64,000 bases of DNA, from positions 1,814,457 to 1,878,456 of the forward strand of contig OZ316894.1 in NCBI GenBank assembly GCA_973895155.1, given 5' to 3'. The translations under genes were made by a program, and so were the position numbers. Shown here piece by piece: positions 63,029 to 64,000 of this stretch (positions are counted from its first letter, which is position 1; each line of letters starts with the position of its first letter). A model generated the notes under the pieces. The model did not search any database and was not told the DNA's origin. It saw only the letters and a program-made list of their open reading frames with translations. Source of the stretch: Marsupella aquatica. Taxonomy: Eukaryota; Plantae; Marchantiophyta.

Positions 63029-64000
63029 AGAAGTAGAAAATCAAGGCGGAGGGATTCCCCGCGTAGATCGCTCAGAACGTCGAGGAGCTGAAGGTATATT
63101 AGATATTGCAGCTGTGAGGTCTGCTGTCAATTCTTGTGGCGAGATTGCACCCAAAGGGGGAAAGATAGAAGGAATTAAATTGTTATTGTCAAAACATTCC
63201 ACAGAGTCGAGAGTATTGGCCGTAGACGAAGGGCCAGATTGTGACTGGCCATCAATGAGAGATGGAACAAATGGAGTGCTCGGCAGAATAGAACCCCCAA
63301 TTGCAAGTGGAGGAATAAGAGAAGTAATATCATATGGGACGTCGAGATGAATGAAACTTGAATCAGAAGATGTACTCGCCTCTAATGGAGAGGTGGTGCG
63401 TGGCGTTTCATCAATGGAAACGTATGCAGATACCGCAAACTCATTTGTATCCGGAAACCATATACGGTAATTCAAGCCATCACCGTATCCAACCAAGTAT
63501 CCCTTCTTAGCTCGAGCAGCAAACTTCTCACCACGAGGTCGAGTCTCTGGGGGTATATGAACGTAAGCAAGTGCTCCAAAGACGCGTAGATGAGAAATAT
63601 TTGAATTGAACTGGCGATGAAATGGTTCATTCAAGGCAGCAACTGGGGATAAAGAAAGCGTGTTTGCAGTTGTCGGCAAACGATTGGTCACGTACACTGC
63701 AGCATTAATAGCCTCTGGCCAGAGTCAGGGTGGAAGATGAGAGTCAAGCAGCATCGCACGAGCCCGCTCTGTAATGACACCATTAGATCGTTCAGCAATA
63801 CCATTCTGAGTATGGTGGTATGGAGCCGAATGGGTCATGGTACACCCTTGGGTTGATAAGAAAGTCAGAAACTGCTGACTGCCAAACTCAGTGCCATTGT
63901 CGCAATGAAGAGATGCAATGATGGTGGCATAGTGAGTTTGAATGGCCGTACAAAATTGTTGGACAATAGGGACAGCTTGACTCTTACTCTGAATAGAGTA

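Larger units (their letters stand above)
60990..64000 (-). mobile_element. Ty1/Copia LTR retrotransposon, 3' part (integrase-RT-RNaseH-PPT-3' LTR), with premature stops
   Basis: DNGTEF and QNGIAERSN integrase motifs, LRVFG...GYLVGY, SKWVY, YKARFIARG, LYGLRQSPRLW, WVDD, YCDASFA, SSTEAEY and ADGLTK. IN-RT-RH is the Copia order. Confidence 0.95.

Overview
Eukaryotic, land-plant-type genomic DNA (spliceosomal introns, an LRR receptor kinase, plant Helitron ends; the transposon content is bryophyte-like, by inference). There are three intact-looking host genes: an ankyrin-repeat Raf-like kinase (ILK/VIK type, +), a probably plastid-targeted SAM-dependent methyltransferase (-) and an LRR receptor-like kinase (-). 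The rest is mostly transposons. Two elements stand out. (1) A Ty3/Gypsy retrotransposon (1-~8300, -) carries a complete C5-cytosine DNA methyltransferase domain between its protease and reverse transcriptase. (2) A 13.4-kb cut-and-paste DNA transposon (41312-54720) has short CTCGAGGG-type TIRs and an 8-bp TSD. It carries a Sola1/DUF7869-like transposase fused to three CACTA-TNP1-like domains, a divergent ParB-like gene with a decayed N4/N6 amino-methyltransferase, an FCP1/NIF phosphatase-like gene, and palindrome arrays that sit largely inside introns. MITEs from the same TIR family occur twice, one of them inside the transposase. Also present are a composite non-autonomous Helitron with a minisatellite, a cluster of captured gene fragments (LRR, F1-ATPase beta, kinase) and the 3' part of a Copia element with its LTR. 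All protein-family calls are by motif recognition only; no searches were run.
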